This document shows positions 1 through 10,252 of a DNA stretch of 64,000 nucleotides, in pieces. The translations under genes were made by a program, and so were the position numbers. The notes beneath the pieces were generated by a model. That model searched no databases. It saw only the letters and a list, made by a program, of their open reading frames with translations, and was not told the DNA's origin. Position 1 is the stretch's first letter, and every line of letters begins with the position of its first letter. Source of the DNA: Actinomycetota bacterium (lineage in GTDB: Bacteria; Actinomycetota; Actinomycetes; S36-B12); NCBI GenBank assembly GCA_947449035.1, contig CANFQC010000005.1, positions 6,765 through 70,764 on the forward strand. The letters are read 5' to 3'.

Positions 1-1
1 G

Positions 2-970
2 CGTAACCGCAATATCAACTACACGAACGTGTGCACATTCAAGTGCGCCTTCTGCGGTTTCTCCAAGGGTCCGTTGTCCCTGAACCTGCGCGGCAAGCCA
101 TATCTACTCACTAATGACGAGATTGCCGATCGCGTGCGCGAGGCAGATGCCCTCGGCGCAACAGAGGTATGCCTGCAGGGCGGCATCCATCCCGACTTCG
201 ACGGTGAGTACTACCTCGATGTGTGTCGCGCGGTGAAGGCAGCTGTTCCTGACATTCACGTGCACGGCTTCACGGCACTCGAAGTCACCGAGGGTGCGCG
301 TCGCCTGCGCGAACCGCTGCCCGAATACCTCACCCGTCTGCGCGAAGCAGGGCTCCGATCACTTCCGGGCACCGCGGCGGAGATCCTCGACGATTCCATC
401 CGCGAGATCATCTGCCCCGACAAGATCACCACCAGCGAATGGCTTGATTGCCACGAGATGGCGCATGGGGTGGGCTTGCGCTCCAATGTCACGATCATGT
501 TCGGCAGCGTCGAAAATCCCCGACACTGGGCCAAGCACATCGTGCGCAGCCGCGAGGTGCAGGCTCGCACAGGCGGCTTCACCGAGTTCGTGCCGTTGCC
601 CTTCGTGCACATGGCCTCACCGATCTATCTCAAGCGACGTTCTCGTCGTGGGCCTACGTGGCGCGAGGTCGTTCTCATGCATGCCGTGGGGCGCATTGGG
701 TATCACGGCTCCATCGACAACATCCAGGCCTCGTGGGTCAAGCTCGGCGTGAATGGCGCGCAACAGTTGCTGCAGGCCGGCGTCAATGATCTCGGTGGCA
801 CCTTGATGGACGAGAACATCTCACGCGCCGCCGGTGCCACTCACGGTCAGGGCATCACCGCCGATGAGTTCCGCGTAGTCGTCGAGCCCATCGGTCGCAC
901 GCTGCGCGAGCGCACTACGTTGTACGGAGTTCCGGCCGAGCGCACTGTCGCCTCAGCCATTGCTCCGTGA
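2..970 (+). CDS. fbiC: FO (7,8-didemethyl-8-hydroxy-5-deazariboflavin) synthase, CofH-type radical-SAM domain. This is the C-terminal half of FbiC or a stand-alone CofH. The 5' end lies outside the window.
   Basis: The frame is open from the window edge (RNRNINYTNVCTFKCAFCGF, a radical-SAM CxxxCxxC motif). Full-length resemblance to the CofH half of mycobacterial FbiC: GTAAEILDD, GGFTEFVPLPFVH, WVKLG, NDLGGTLMDENISRAAG. Confidence 0.88.
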   Translation, partial: RNRNINYTNVCTFKCAFCGFSKGPLSLNLRGKPYLLTNDEIADRVREADALGATEVCLQGGIHPDFDGEYYLDVCRAVKAAVPDIHVHGFTALEVTEGARRLREPLPEYLTRLREAGLRSLPGTAAEILDDSIREIICPDKITTSEWLDCHEMAHGVGLRSNVTIMFGSVENPRHWAKHIVRSREVQARTGGFTEFVPLPFVHMASPIYLKRRSRRGPTWREVVLMHAVGRIGYHGSIDNIQASWVKLGVNGAQQLLQAGVNDLGGTLMDENISRAAGATHGQGITADEFRVVVEPIGRTLRERTTLYGVPAERTVASAIAP

Positions 971-2337
971 TGCGAGCGATCCCAAATCGTCGCTATGTGA
1001 CGACCCCATGTACCGCACCTGGCCCGGTCGGTCAGTCGATGCTCGGTTCCTTCGGCGCAATTCGCAAGAATCCTCTGGCCTATCTCGATTCCATCTGGCG
1101 TACTTACGGCGATGTGGTGCAGTTCCCGGTGCCCAAGCCGCCGAGCTATCTCGTCAATGATCCTGAGGGCGTGCGAAGCGTGCTCGTCACGAATTCCCGT
1201 AGCTATGGCAAGTCGACGATTCAGTACTCGGCGCTCTCGCTGGTCACAGGGGAGGGGCTGCTCTCCGCCGACACTTCGGAATGGAAGCGTCAGCGCCCAA
1301 TGGTGCAACCGGCCTTCCACCGCGAGACCTTGACCTCAATCGTGGCGCACGTTGCTACGGCGGCCGAGCGAATCATTGATGACTGGAATGCACTGCCCGA
1401 GGGTGCGGTTGTTGATATCGATGCAGTAATCATGAACGCGGCCCTCGAGGTCGTGGGGCACGCGCTGTTCGGCTCTGACCTCTCGACAGATGCCGATGCA
1501 CTGACCACAGCAACCCTCGACGCTCTGGATGTCGTCATCGCCCGCGCACGAGTGCCGATCACGCCACCTGCCTGGGTGCCGACACCTGGCAATCGCAAGC
1601 TCAGTAGCTCGGTCGCTGCCCTTGATCGCGCCGTTCACTCGATGCTCGACTCTCGTGGCGTGCGCGAAGTTCCGGCCGACATGCTCGATCTGCTCATCAC
1701 GGCACGCGATGACGAAGGTCATGCGCTCACTGAGGCCGAGATTCGCGACCAGGTGGTCACCTTCATCGTGGCAGGGCACGAGACCGTGGCCAGTGCACTG
1801 ACCTGGACATTCGCACTTCTTGCCGAGAACCCCGAGGTCATGCGCACGCTGCAAGCCGAAGTCGATGCAGTGCTGGGCGGCAAGGCAGCGCAGTTCGTCA
1901 ATTACCAGCGGCTGCCATATACCCGAGCCGTCATTGACGAGACATTGCGGCTGTACCCGCCGGCCTGGCTCATCACGCGAAACTCATTGGGCGATGACGT
2001 GCTCGGTGGCTACGAGGTGCCGCAGGGATCCCTGATCATCATGAGCCCCTGGCTGCTGCATCGCCACCCTGACATCTGGCCGAATCCCGACAGTTTCGAG
2101 CCGCAGCGCTTTATCGATGGTGACATCGATCGCTCGGCCTTCATTCCCTTCGGCGCCGGCCCTCGCCAGTGCATCGGGCGCGACTTTGCGTATGTCGAGG
2201 CCGTACTGCTGCTTGCCTCGCTGGTGGCGCACTTCGATGTCGAGTTCCCGGCGGGGGAGCGCTGCCCGCCGGCGGTGCCATTGGTCACGATGCGCCCTGC
2301 GGAAGGGCTTCACCTGAGGATTCGCTCTCGGCGCTGA
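970..2337 (+). CDS. Cytochrome P450 monooxygenase
   Basis: Heme-thiolate loop FIPFGAGPRQCIGRDFA, I-helix AGHETV and ExxR (DETLRLYPP). The ATG at 970 shares its A with the fbiC TGA (alternative GTG at 967). Confidence 0.9.
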   Translation: MRAIPNRRYVTTPCTAPGPVGQSMLGSFGAIRKNPLAYLDSIWRTYGDVVQFPVPKPPSYLVNDPEGVRSVLVTNSRSYGKSTIQYSALSLVTGEGLLSADTSEWKRQRPMVQPAFHRETLTSIVAHVATAAERIIDDWNALPEGAVVDIDAVIMNAALEVVGHALFGSDLSTDADALTTATLDALDVVIARARVPITPPAWVPTPGNRKLSSSVAALDRAVHSMLDSRGVREVPADMLDLLITARDDEGHALTEAEIRDQVVTFIVAGHETVASALTWTFALLAENPEVMRTLQAEVDAVLGGKAAQFVNYQRLPYTRAVIDETLRLYPPAWLITRNSLGDDVLGGYEVPQGSLIIMSPWLLHRHPDIWPNPDSFEPQRFIDGDIDRSAFIPFGAGPRQCIGRDFAYVEAVLLLASLVAHFDVEFPAGERCPPAVPLVTMRPAEGLHLRIRSRR

Positions 2338-2675
2338 CGGGCATTGGCAAGGCTCATTTTTCGAGTGGCACGTTTGCTTCGAGCCTGAACGAATGATCGC
2401 CCGTCGGTACGAGCGACCACTGCACGCCGAATGGATCGGAATCGCAAAGGCCGGCTGAAATCCAACGGGCACCGACACGCCACCCGCCGAAAGGTACTCA
2501 GCCCTGCACGCGACGGGTTTCCGTCATTTGCGCTCGTGACGCGCCTCCAGGTGCTTGCAGTCAGATGTGGCGGAGGAGAGTATTAGGCGCTTTAGCGACC
2601 GATTGATCACGCCGGTAGCTGAGTAGGCGAAAGGCGGCCGTGCGCTGCGACAACTCTCACATGGACGGTGCGGTA

Positions 2676-3938
2676 ATGCGAAAGATCCTGATCAGCCTCA
2701 CGTCACTTCTGGCCATGATCGGCGGGGTTGCACTGGCACCGCTGACGCAAGCCGACCCGATCTTCTCGATCGCTGCCGTCACTGCGGTCGGGCCCAGCGG
2801 TTCGACATACAACTCGTTCGACTTGGCCTTGACCCATGATGGTGCCCGGGCCTACGTGGCGAATGCCGGGAATCGCACCGTATCCGTGATCGACACGACG
2901 ACCAATCTGATAATCGGCTCGCTCATCAACGTCGGCGCGGCTCCGAATGCGGTCGCAGTATCGCCGGACGACGAATTCGTATACGTGTCAAACGGCTATG
3001 CCAACACTGTCTCGGTGATCGACACGACCACGAACACGGTCGTAGCCACGGTGAACGTGCGACATGGGAGTACGGGTCTAGCGTTCAACCAAGACGGATC
3101 AAGGGTCTATGTCAACACGCAGGATCAGAACGGTAACGGGGCAGTGGAGGTCATCGACACTGCGACGAATACCCTTTTGAGCACTAGCGGCCTTCCGATC
3201 ACAGTGGGGAACACCCCGACAGGAGCGGCCTTCTCTCCCGACTTCACACACTTGTATGTCACTAACACGGCAGATGGCACGGTGTCGGTCATCGATACCA
3301 ACATCGCACACTCGGGAACGACTTACGACACGGTCACGGCCCTCATCACGGTGGGCTATCGTCCCCAAGGGCTGGCCGTGTCGCCGGATGGTTCGCAGCT
3401 CCTCGTGGCTAACCTGGACGACTCAGTATCAGTTATCGACACTTCCACCAACGTGGTCTCAACCACGCTGAGCGGATTCGATGATCCCAAGGATGTTGCC
3501 TTCTCGCCGGATGGTGCGAATGCATATGTCACGAACTTGATGGGCAAGTCGGTGACGAGGATCAAGGTCGCTGAACTGAGCACGGCCGACATCGGGCTCG
3601 ATGTCGGTTGGTACCCCCTGGGGATAGTCGTGTCCTCAGACGGACGCTCGATTTACCTGACCAATGACGTTCCCGACGGAACCGTCACCGTCATCGCCAT
3701 CAACGAGCCGGCAAGCGGCCCCAACGTACCCACAGCGCCGATGCAGGCATACGGCCGAAACTCAGACGGCACGTGCACGAATGACGCCCCCCTCTGGGTG
3801 AACTGGGAGGGGATCGCCTCTCAGCAGTTCAGCTCATGGGGCCTGAGCTGGCAACAGTGGCCGAACAACGGCACCGGAGGATTTGTCTGCCAACGCCAGC
3901 CCTATTACACGACCGCGGAGAAATGGTCAGTTCGCTGA
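2676..3938 (+). CDS. Secreted YVTN-family beta-propeller repeat protein with an uncharacterised Trp/Cys-rich C-terminal module
   Basis: Signal peptide MRKILISLTSLLAMIGGVALAPLTQA. About seven repeats of the form YV(T/S/A)N...(T/S)VSVIDT.TN. The C-terminal ~65 aa is GTCTNDAPLWVNWEG..SSWGLSWQQWPNNGTGGFVCQRQ. The start was moved to the ATG preceding the signal peptide. Confidence 0.8.
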   Translation: MRKILISLTSLLAMIGGVALAPLTQADPIFSIAAVTAVGPSGSTYNSFDLALTHDGARAYVANAGNRTVSVIDTTTNLIIGSLINVGAAPNAVAVSPDDEFVYVSNGYANTVSVIDTTTNTVVATVNVRHGSTGLAFNQDGSRVYVNTQDQNGNGAVEVIDTATNTLLSTSGLPITVGNTPTGAAFSPDFTHLYVTNTADGTVSVIDTNIAHSGTTYDTVTALITVGYRPQGLAVSPDGSQLLVANLDDSVSVIDTSTNVVSTTLSGFDDPKDVAFSPDGANAYVTNLMGKSVTRIKVAELSTADIGLDVGWYPLGIVVSSDGRSIYLTNDVPDGTVTVIAINEPASGPNVPTAPMQAYGRNSDGTCTNDAPLWVNWEGIASQQFSSWGLSWQQWPNNGTGGFVCQRQPYYTTAEKWSVR

Positions 3939-3958
3939 TGTGAGGCGCGTGCGCCGAG

Positions 3959-4747
3959 TTACGAGCGAAGTGCTGCGAGAACTTGGTCGTAAAGCTTGCC
4001 ATTCGTCGTGATCAGGCCGCCGTACGCGATCGCATCGGTTCCGTCGAAGCCCGTGGCCACGCCGCCGGCTTCACGAATGACGGGGATGAGTGCGGCCATG
4101 TCGTAGGTGGCGAGCTCAGGTTCACCGGCGATGTCGACAGCGCCTTCAGCAACGAGCATGTGCGACCAGAAGTCGCCATAGGCGCGGTGACGCCAGGTGT
4201 CAGTTGTCAGAGTCTTCAGACCTGCTGAAGCGCCGCGTGCTTCCCAGCCGACACTGTCGGAGAAGGAGAAGGAGGCGTCAGAAAGCTCCGCGACCTTGCT
4301 GACGTGAATGCGCGTGGGTTCGTTCATGCCGGGGCCCGTTGACCAGGCGCCCTGGTCGGTGGCGGCCCACCAGCGCCGACCGAGTGCGGGGGCGCTCACG
4401 AAGCCGACCTCGAGCACGCCGGCAACGCGCAGTGCAATGAGAGTCGACCAGACGGGCACGCCACGCAGATAGTTCTTGGTGCCGTCGATGGGGTCGAGGA
4501 TCCACGTGCGCTCGGTGCTGCCGCTGACCCCAAACTCCTCGCCGAGGATGCCGTCACCTGGGCGCTCAGCAGCGAGGATCTCGCGCAAGCCCTGCTCAAC
4601 GGCCTTGTCGGCCTCGGTTACCGGGGTGAGATCGGGCTTGGTCTCGATCACGAGATCGTGGGAGCGGTAGTACGACATGGAGATGGCATCGGCGGCATCG
4701 GCCAGCCGGCGCGCCAGCTCAAGATCGGCATCCCAGCGATTCGTCAC
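3959..4747 (-). CDS. hisN: Histidinol-phosphatase of the inositol-monophosphatase family (HisN-type)
   Basis: Close resemblance to actinobacterial HisN (M. tuberculosis Rv3137-like): KPDLTPVTEADKAVE, GEEFG, WILDPIDGTKNYLRGVPVW, RAYGDFWSHMLVAEGAVD. Confidence 0.8.
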   Translation of the reverse strand: MTNRWDADLELARRLADAADAISMSYYRSHDLVIETKPDLTPVTEADKAVEQGLREILAAERPGDGILGEEFGVSGSTERTWILDPIDGTKNYLRGVPVWSTLIALRVAGVLEVGFVSAPALGRRWWAATDQGAWSTGPGMNEPTRIHVSKVAELSDASFSFSDSVGWEARGASAGLKTLTTDTWRHRAYGDFWSHMLVAEGAVDIAGEPELATYDMAALIPVIREAGGVATGFDGTDAIAYGGLITTNGKLYDQVLAALRS

Positions 4748-4799
4748 GCCGCGAACCTATCCCACCCGTCGGCGATTCCAGCGGTCATAGGGTGGCGCC

Positions 4800-5270
4800 A
4801 TGGAGTCGCTTCTCGACACGTTCAATGGCCTGCCGGTTCACCCCTTGGTCGTGCACGCGGTGGTCGTCCTGCTGCCGCTCGTGGCTGTTCTCGCCATCAT
4901 CATGGTGATCAGCCCCCGGTTCTCGCGACGCTTTGGTCCGATCGTGGTGGCCCTGGGATTTGTCTCTGTCGGGGCGTCGCTGGTGGCTAAGGAGTCGGGG
5001 GAGCAGTTGCTCCGGCATGTGGAGTCCTCGCCCAACCACGTGCAGCTCGGTTCCAGGACTCCGCTGTACGCAGGTCTCTACTTTCTGCTTCTGCTGGCCT
5101 TCTGGCTTCTCGATCGGGGAATTCCCGGCAATCGTCATCGTCCGGCCTTGGTCATCATCCTCGGCGTACTTCTCGTGATCGCCTCAGTACTGATCTGTGT
5201 ACAGGTGTACCTCGTTGGCCACAGCGGTGCCGAAGTGGTCTGGCTGCAGATGCTGAGCGGAACGAATTAG
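4800..5270 (+). CDS. Integral membrane protein (DUF2231-like)
   Basis: About four hydrophobic helices. The N-terminus (LPVHPLVVHAVVVLLP) is typical of the DUF2231 family. GC3-rich codon usage. Confidence 0.6.
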   Translation: MESLLDTFNGLPVHPLVVHAVVVLLPLVAVLAIIMVISPRFSRRFGPIVVALGFVSVGASLVAKESGEQLLRHVESSPNHVQLGSRTPLYAGLYFLLLLAFWLLDRGIPGNRHRPALVIILGVLLVIASVLICVQVYLVGHSGAEVVWLQMLSGTN

Positions 5271-6268
5271 TCGCCGGTTCGTTGATCCGACCACTTGTCG
5301 GTTTCCTTCGCGCTGCGCAGCAGCCGGCGAAGTGAGTCAAGCCTCTCAGTGACGCCGTGATTGTCGGCCCAGGCATCAAGTGCGCACTCGGCCTCGTCAT
5401 GCGAACACGCACGTGGGCAGTCGACGACGCCGTCGGCGAGCTCGGGAAAAGCGTGAATGAGGCGCTCGAAGTCGACATGCGCGAGGCCGAAGGAACGAAT
5501 TCCGGGGGTATCAATGATCCAACCACCGCTGGGCAGGGGCAAAGCCATCGCGCTGGTGGAGGTGTGCCGACCCTTGCCGGTGTTCACGTTCACATGACCC
5601 GTGCTCCGGTCGGCGCCGGGAACGAGCGCGTTGACGAGCGTTGACTTGCCTACACCGGAGTGCCCGATGAGCACGGTGAGGTGATCGGTCAGTGCGGTGA
5701 TGAGCTCGGCGCTTGGTTCGCGATCGCGTACGACGTAGCAGTCGGCGCCGAGTGCAGCGTAAGTCGCCTGCAGCTCTTCTGCAGACTTGAGATCGCTCTT
5801 GGTGATGATCAGGATCGGCGTGATGCCGGCATCGATCGCGGCAACCAAGGCGCGATCGATCAGGCCGATGCTCGGATCAGGATTCGTGGTGGCAGTGACA
5901 ATTGCGAGTTGGGTGGCGTTGGCGACGATGACTCTCTCGACAGGATCGGAATCATCGGCCGTTCTGCGCAGATTCGAGCTGCGCTCATCTCGGCGCACGA
6001 TGCGCGCCTGAGTGTCGGTGTCTCCTGAGGTATCGCCGACGATCTGCACCATGTCACCGGTGACAATGCCCTTGCGACCTAGCTCGCGAGCCTTGATCGC
6101 GTATATCTCGGTGCCGTCGTCCATCGCGACGGTGAAGCGACCGCGGTCAACGGTGAGCACCATGCCGCTCACAGCCTCGGTGTGCGCGGGACGATCCTTC
6201 GAGCGTGGGCGTGACTTTCCGCGACCGGGGCGAATCCGGACGTCGTCCTCATCGAGGCTGCGTGCCAC
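5267..6268 (-). CDS. rsgA: Ribosome small-subunit-dependent GTPase A
   Basis: Circularly permuted GTPase: TKSDL (G4) lies before the P-loop GHSGVGKSTLVNAL. C-terminal zinc knuckle CPRACSHDEAEC. Confidence 0.9.
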   Translation of the reverse strand: MARSLDEDDVRIRPGRGKSRPRSKDRPAHTEAVSGMVLTVDRGRFTVAMDDGTEIYAIKARELGRKGIVTGDMVQIVGDTSGDTDTQARIVRRDERSSNLRRTADDSDPVERVIVANATQLAIVTATTNPDPSIGLIDRALVAAIDAGITPILIITKSDLKSAEELQATYAALGADCYVVRDREPSAELITALTDHLTVLIGHSGVGKSTLVNALVPGADRSTGHVNVNTGKGRHTSTSAMALPLPSGGWIIDTPGIRSFGLAHVDFERLIHAFPELADGVVDCPRACSHDEAECALDAWADNHGVTERLDSLRRLLRSAKETDKWSDQRTGD

Positions 6269-7572
6269 TACTGAGGGGTCCCGTCGATCATCGCCGCCCA
6301 GCGATCGGCGAAGCCGGGAAGGGTCTTGGCGGTGGTGTCGATGTTCTCGACCGAGATGCCGTGCACGTGTAGGCCGATGATCGCACCGCTGGTGGCCATG
6401 CGGTGATCGGCGTAGGTACCGAAACGTCCGGAGTGGAGCATCATCGGGTGAATGCGCAGACCATCGTCGGTCTCATGCGCATCGCCGCCGAGGTGGTTGA
6501 TCTCGCGCACGAGTGCGGCGAGCCGATCGGTCTCGTGACCGCGCAAGTGGGCGATTCCGCTGAACGTGCTGGGCGTAGTCGCAAGTGCCGCGAGCGCTGC
6601 AAGATTCGGGGTGAGCTCACCGACATCGCCCAGATCAGCATCTATGCCGTGAATATCACCGGACATCGACACGGTGAGTCCGCGATCGTCAAGCGCGACC
6701 TCGGCTCCCATGCGTGCGAGCAGGGTGCGCAGTTCATCGCCGGGCTGAGTGGTCGTGGCAGGCCAACCAGGGATCGTGACGCTTCCGCGCGTCACCATCG
6801 CTGCAGCGAGGAAGGGTGCCGCATTCGAGAGGTCGGGCTCGATCGTGCGATCGATGGCGCGAATGCGTGAAGGTTCGATAACCCAGGTGTTCGGAGTCGA
6901 GATATCGACGATGACTCCGTGCTCAGCGAGCATGGCAATGGTCATGTCGATATGCGGCTGGCTCGGCACGGGCGGGCCGACATGGGTAATTACTAGGCCG
7001 TTCGCGAAGCGTGCGCCGGTGAGCAGCAGCGCGGAGACGAACTGGCTGGACGCGGATGCATCGATGCGCACCTCGCGGCCTGCAATCGTGCCCGCACCCT
7101 TGACGGTGAACGGCAAAGTGCCACGACTCTCGTCGTCGATCTCGACACCGAGTTGGCGAAGGGCTTCAATCGTGGTCGACATGGGTCGCACGCGTGCGTG
7201 CGGGTCTCCGTCGAATGTCACCTCGCCTGCGGCCAGCGCGGCGAGTGGTGGAAGGAAGCGCATCACAGTGCCTGCGAGGCCGACATCGATACTGCAGCCG
7301 CCGGTCAGTGATGCAGGGGAGACCCACACATCAATATTGCCGACTGGAGACGAACCGACAACCTCGATACTCGCTCCGAGGTTTTCGAGGGCCGCGATCA
7401 TCAGGCGGGTGTCACGCGCATCGAGTAAGCCGGAAATCGTGCTGGGGCCGTCAGCGAGGGCGGCGAGTACGAGGGCTCGGTTGGAGGCTGACTTAGAGCC
7501 GGGGACGAAGACCGTGGCATGGATCGGATGATCGGCATGGGGGGCCGGCCAGTACGCACTCTCAGTAGTCAT
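6268..7572 (-). CDS. aroA: 3-phosphoshikimate 1-carboxyvinyltransferase (EPSP synthase)
   Basis: [25 protein letters not shown] and [12 protein letters not shown] motifs. The start was trimmed to M44 of the ORF ([11 protein letters not shown]...). Confidence 0.9.
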   Translation of the reverse strand: MTTESAYWPAPHADHPIHATVFVPGSKSASNRALVLAALADGPSTISGLLDARDTRLMIAALENLGASIEVVGSSPVGNIDVWVSPASLTGGCSIDVGLAGTVMRFLPPLAALAAGEVTFDGDPHARVRPMSTTIEALRQLGVEIDDESRGTLPFTVKGAGTIAGREVRIDASASSQFVSALLLTGARFANGLVITHVGPPVPSQPHIDMTIAMLAEHGVIVDISTPNTWVIEPSRIRAIDRTIEPDLSNAAPFLAAAMVTRGSVTIPGWPATTTQPGDELRTLLARMGAEVALDDRGLTVSMSGDIHGIDADLGDVGELTPNLAALAALATTPSTFSGIAHLRGHETDRLAALVREINHLGGDAHETDDGLRIHPMMLHSGRFGTYADHRMATSGAIIGLHVHGISVENIDTTAKTLPGFADRWAAMIDGTPQ

Positions 7573-7605
7573 CGCCCCCAGCGTAATCGCACTAGCCTGG
7601 TGGTC

Positions 7606-8784
7606 ATGGCGCAGTCGAGTGGCGGAGGCGGACTTCTGCCTGAACTGCGCCTGGGCGACGTGCTCCAACAGCGCAATGGTGGGCTCGGGAGCCCAGCTCA
7701 CATCATTCGACTGGGTATCGCGGTCACCATCGCCTGGCTTGTGGCCATCACTGTTTCGCGCAGCTCGCTGGGAATCTTCGCGCCCATCACGACTCTGCTC
7801 GTCCTGCAGGCCACGCCCTGGAGCACGGTGGGTCTCTCCCTGCAGCTGATCCTCGGCACCGGGCTTGGCGTGCTCGTTGCCTCGCTCTGGGTCAATCTCG
7901 TAGGTCTGAGCTGGTGGTCATTCCTGATCGCGGTCGTCGCCTCGCTGTTCGTGGCTCGTATGGTCCCGTGGTCAATTGCGGGGCAGATTCAGATTCCGAT
8001 CGCCGTGGTCTTCGTGCTGGCGCTTGGCCCCGGTTCTATGCAGCAAGACCTCTGGCGAGTTCTCGACGTCATCATCGGCGGCGTAATCGGCCTGCTCGCG
8101 GTGTATCTCTACCCGGCTAAGCCAAAGCCCGCGGAATTCGAGAATGCGCTCACTCGCTATCGCGATGCCATCGTCAGAGTTCTCGAGTTAGTCGGACACG
8201 GAAATGGCCCCGAGGGCACGCTTCTCGAGGCAGGAGTTAATCACGAGTACGTTGGCATCAGTCGAGCCTTGCGCGACGAGGCTGACTCGGCACGCCAGGC
8301 GTTGGTGAAGCTCGCCGAGAGTTCGTTCTGGAATCCGCGCGGGCGCGAGGTCGCGGCACGACTCGACGAGGATGCACGACGCCTGCGCAGGCTTGGCGGG
8401 ATCGGCGTGCAGGTGCGCGGAATCGCCGGGGCGGCGAACCTGCTCTTCGACCGTGGTGTCACGCAGCCACTTACTGCCGAGCGATTCGGTGAGCTCGTTG
8501 ACCAGCTCGCGCACATGGCTCGGGTGACATTGGGCGACGAAGGAACTGAGCTGACTCAGGCGGGGCAAGAGTCGGTCGTGCGAGAGAGTGAGGAACTCAC
8601 TTCTGCCCTCGATGCGGCAGCACGTCACGTCATGGTTCATGCCGGTGACGTACAGGCAGTGATTGACGCCATCGCATTACTGGGCCGCATCGATCACATT
8701 CGGCGTCAGTTGCTCATCTACAGCGCATGGACCGACGACTTTGTTGACTCCGAGAACGGTGACACTGATCAGGACCACGCCTGA
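7606..8784 (+). CDS. Membrane protein, FUSC/aromatic-acid-exporter-like: N-terminal multi-TM region plus a cytoplasmic helical domain
   Basis: About 5-6 TM helices followed by a long soluble helical tail. Divergent from aroA. The start is uncertain (ATG 7606 chosen; the ORF is open from 7519). Confidence 0.5.
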   Translation: MAQSSGGGGLLPELRLGDVLQQRNGGLGSPAHIIRLGIAVTIAWLVAITVSRSSLGIFAPITTLLVLQATPWSTVGLSLQLILGTGLGVLVASLWVNLVGLSWWSFLIAVVASLFVARMVPWSIAGQIQIPIAVVFVLALGPGSMQQDLWRVLDVIIGGVIGLLAVYLYPAKPKPAEFENALTRYRDAIVRVLELVGHGNGPEGTLLEAGVNHEYVGISRALRDEADSARQALVKLAESSFWNPRGREVAARLDEDARRLRRLGGIGVQVRGIAGAANLLFDRGVTQPLTAERFGELVDQLAHMARVTLGDEGTELTQAGQESVVRESEELTSALDAAARHVMVHAGDVQAVIDAIALLGRIDHIRRQLLIYSAWTDDFVDSENGDTDQDHA

Positions 8785-9500
8785 TGTGCGGGCGCTACGC
8801 CGCAGCCACGTCCGCAGCGGACTGGGTCGAGGAGTTCGAGGTCGACGTTGCTCCAGAGCGCGTGCTCGCACCGGACTTCAATGTCGCACCGACGAAGGAG
8901 ATGTATCTCGTTGCCGCGGGGGAGTCGGACGGCTCACTTGTTCGGCGTATGGAGATCGCGCGCTGGGGGCTCATTCCGTCCTGGGCGAAGGAATCGTCTA
9001 TCTCCACGAAGTTGACCAATGCCCGCGTCGAGACGATTTCTGAGAAGCCGTCGTTTCGGTCAGCATTCGCCAAGCGCCGCTGTCTGATTCCTGCTGACGG
9101 GTACTACGAGTGGTACCGCCCTGACAAAGGCGCCAAGCAGCCGTTCTACATCCACCGCACCGATGGCCGATCTCTCGCGATGGCCGGTCTCTACGAGTGG
9201 TGGCGTGATCCGGCGAACCCCGAGGCTGAGCCACGTCTTACCTGCTCGGTGATCACCACGGCAGCGACCAATGATCTGGCCGTGATTCACGACCGGATGC
9301 CCGTCATGATCGACTACGTGGACTGGGCGAATTGGCTCGATCCCTCGATCCCGGGCAAAGAACTCCCGCCACCGATGCTCGAGGCAGGGTTCCGCCTGGG
9401 GTTAGTTGCCGAGCCGGTCTCCACGGCGGTGGGAAACGTCCGAAACAACGGACCCTCGCTCATACTCCCGATTGCCCCCGATGAGGGTCTGCTCTTCTAG
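8784..9500 (+). CDS. SOS-response-associated peptidase (SRAP/YedK family, abasic-site processing protein)
   Basis: Catalytic N-terminus MCGRYA. SRAP hallmarks [32 protein letters not shown] and HDRMPV. The start overlaps the upstream stop (TGATG). Confidence 0.85.
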   Translation: MCGRYAAATSAADWVEEFEVDVAPERVLAPDFNVAPTKEMYLVAAGESDGSLVRRMEIARWGLIPSWAKESSISTKLTNARVETISEKPSFRSAFAKRRCLIPADGYYEWYRPDKGAKQPFYIHRTDGRSLAMAGLYEWWRDPANPEAEPRLTCSVITTAATNDLAVIHDRMPVMIDYVDWANWLDPSIPGKELPPPMLEAGFRLGLVAEPVSTAVGNVRNNGPSLILPIAPDEGLLF

Positions 9501-9527
9501 GGAATGACTCAGGGGCCGCTGATGTTG
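9501..9527 (+). promoter_or_regulatory. SigR/SigH-type (ECF, thiol-oxidative-stress) promoter: GGAAT-N18-GTTG
   Basis: GGAAT at 9501-9505, exactly 18 nt, then GTTG at 9524-9527, directly upstream of the sigH-like gene. This matches the published autoregulatory consensus GGAAT-N18/19-GTT. Confidence 0.6.
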
Positions 9528-9634
9528 TCCTGCATGTGATCACGTGTGAGAGGGACTCAGGCTGTTCGTCAGTGAGCTGGCCCGATGCCGTGCCACTCAC
9601 CGTGAACCTCGATGACTCAGTAGGCTCGTCAGTG

Positions 9635-10252
9635 ATGAGCGAGGTAGCAGGTACCGAGGAGCAGGCAGAGGATCGCACTGCCCGCTTCGAGCGCGATGCG
9701 CTGCCATTCCTCGATCAGTTGTACGGCGCGGCCATGCGGATGACCAAGAACCCGAGCGATGCCGAGGATCTCGTACAGGAGACCTTCGTCAAGGCCTTCG
9801 CGGCATTCGACTCGTACACCGACGGCACGAACCTCAAGGCGTGGCTGTTCCGGATCCTGACGAATACGTACATCAACACCTACCGGAAGAAGCAGCGCGA
9901 GCCGTATCAGTCATCGGCCGATGAGCTTCTCGATTGGCAGATCGCCGAAGCCGAATCGCATACGTCAACTGGCCTTCGTTCTGCGGAGATGGAAGCTCTC
10001 GACCGCCTGGCTGATGCCGACATAGTCGAAGCCATGGCAGCGCTTCCCGAGGAGTTCCGTCTTGCGGTGTATCTGGCCGATGTTGAGGGATTCCCCTACA
10101 AGGAGATCGCCGAGATCATGGAGACCCCCGTGGGGACCGTGATGTCGCGGCTTCATCGCGGACGCAAGTTGCTGCGTGACTCACTTGCCGACTACGCCGT
10201 TGAACGCGGGTACGTGCCCGCCGCATCCGTGAGCGGGGGTGACGAGTCATGA
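9635..10252 (+). CDS. sigH: ECF RNA polymerase sigma factor, SigH/SigR type
   Basis: Near-colinear with M. tuberculosis SigH: [80 protein letters not shown]. Alternative in-frame GTG at 9536 (see findings). Confidence 0.88.
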   Translation: MSEVAGTEEQAEDRTARFERDALPFLDQLYGAAMRMTKNPSDAEDLVQETFVKAFAAFDSYTDGTNLKAWLFRILTNTYINTYRKKQREPYQSSADELLDWQIAEAESHTSTGLRSAEMEALDRLADADIVEAMAALPEEFRLAVYLADVEGFPYKEIAEIMETPVGTVMSRLHRGRKLLRDSLADYAVERGYVPAASVSGGDES

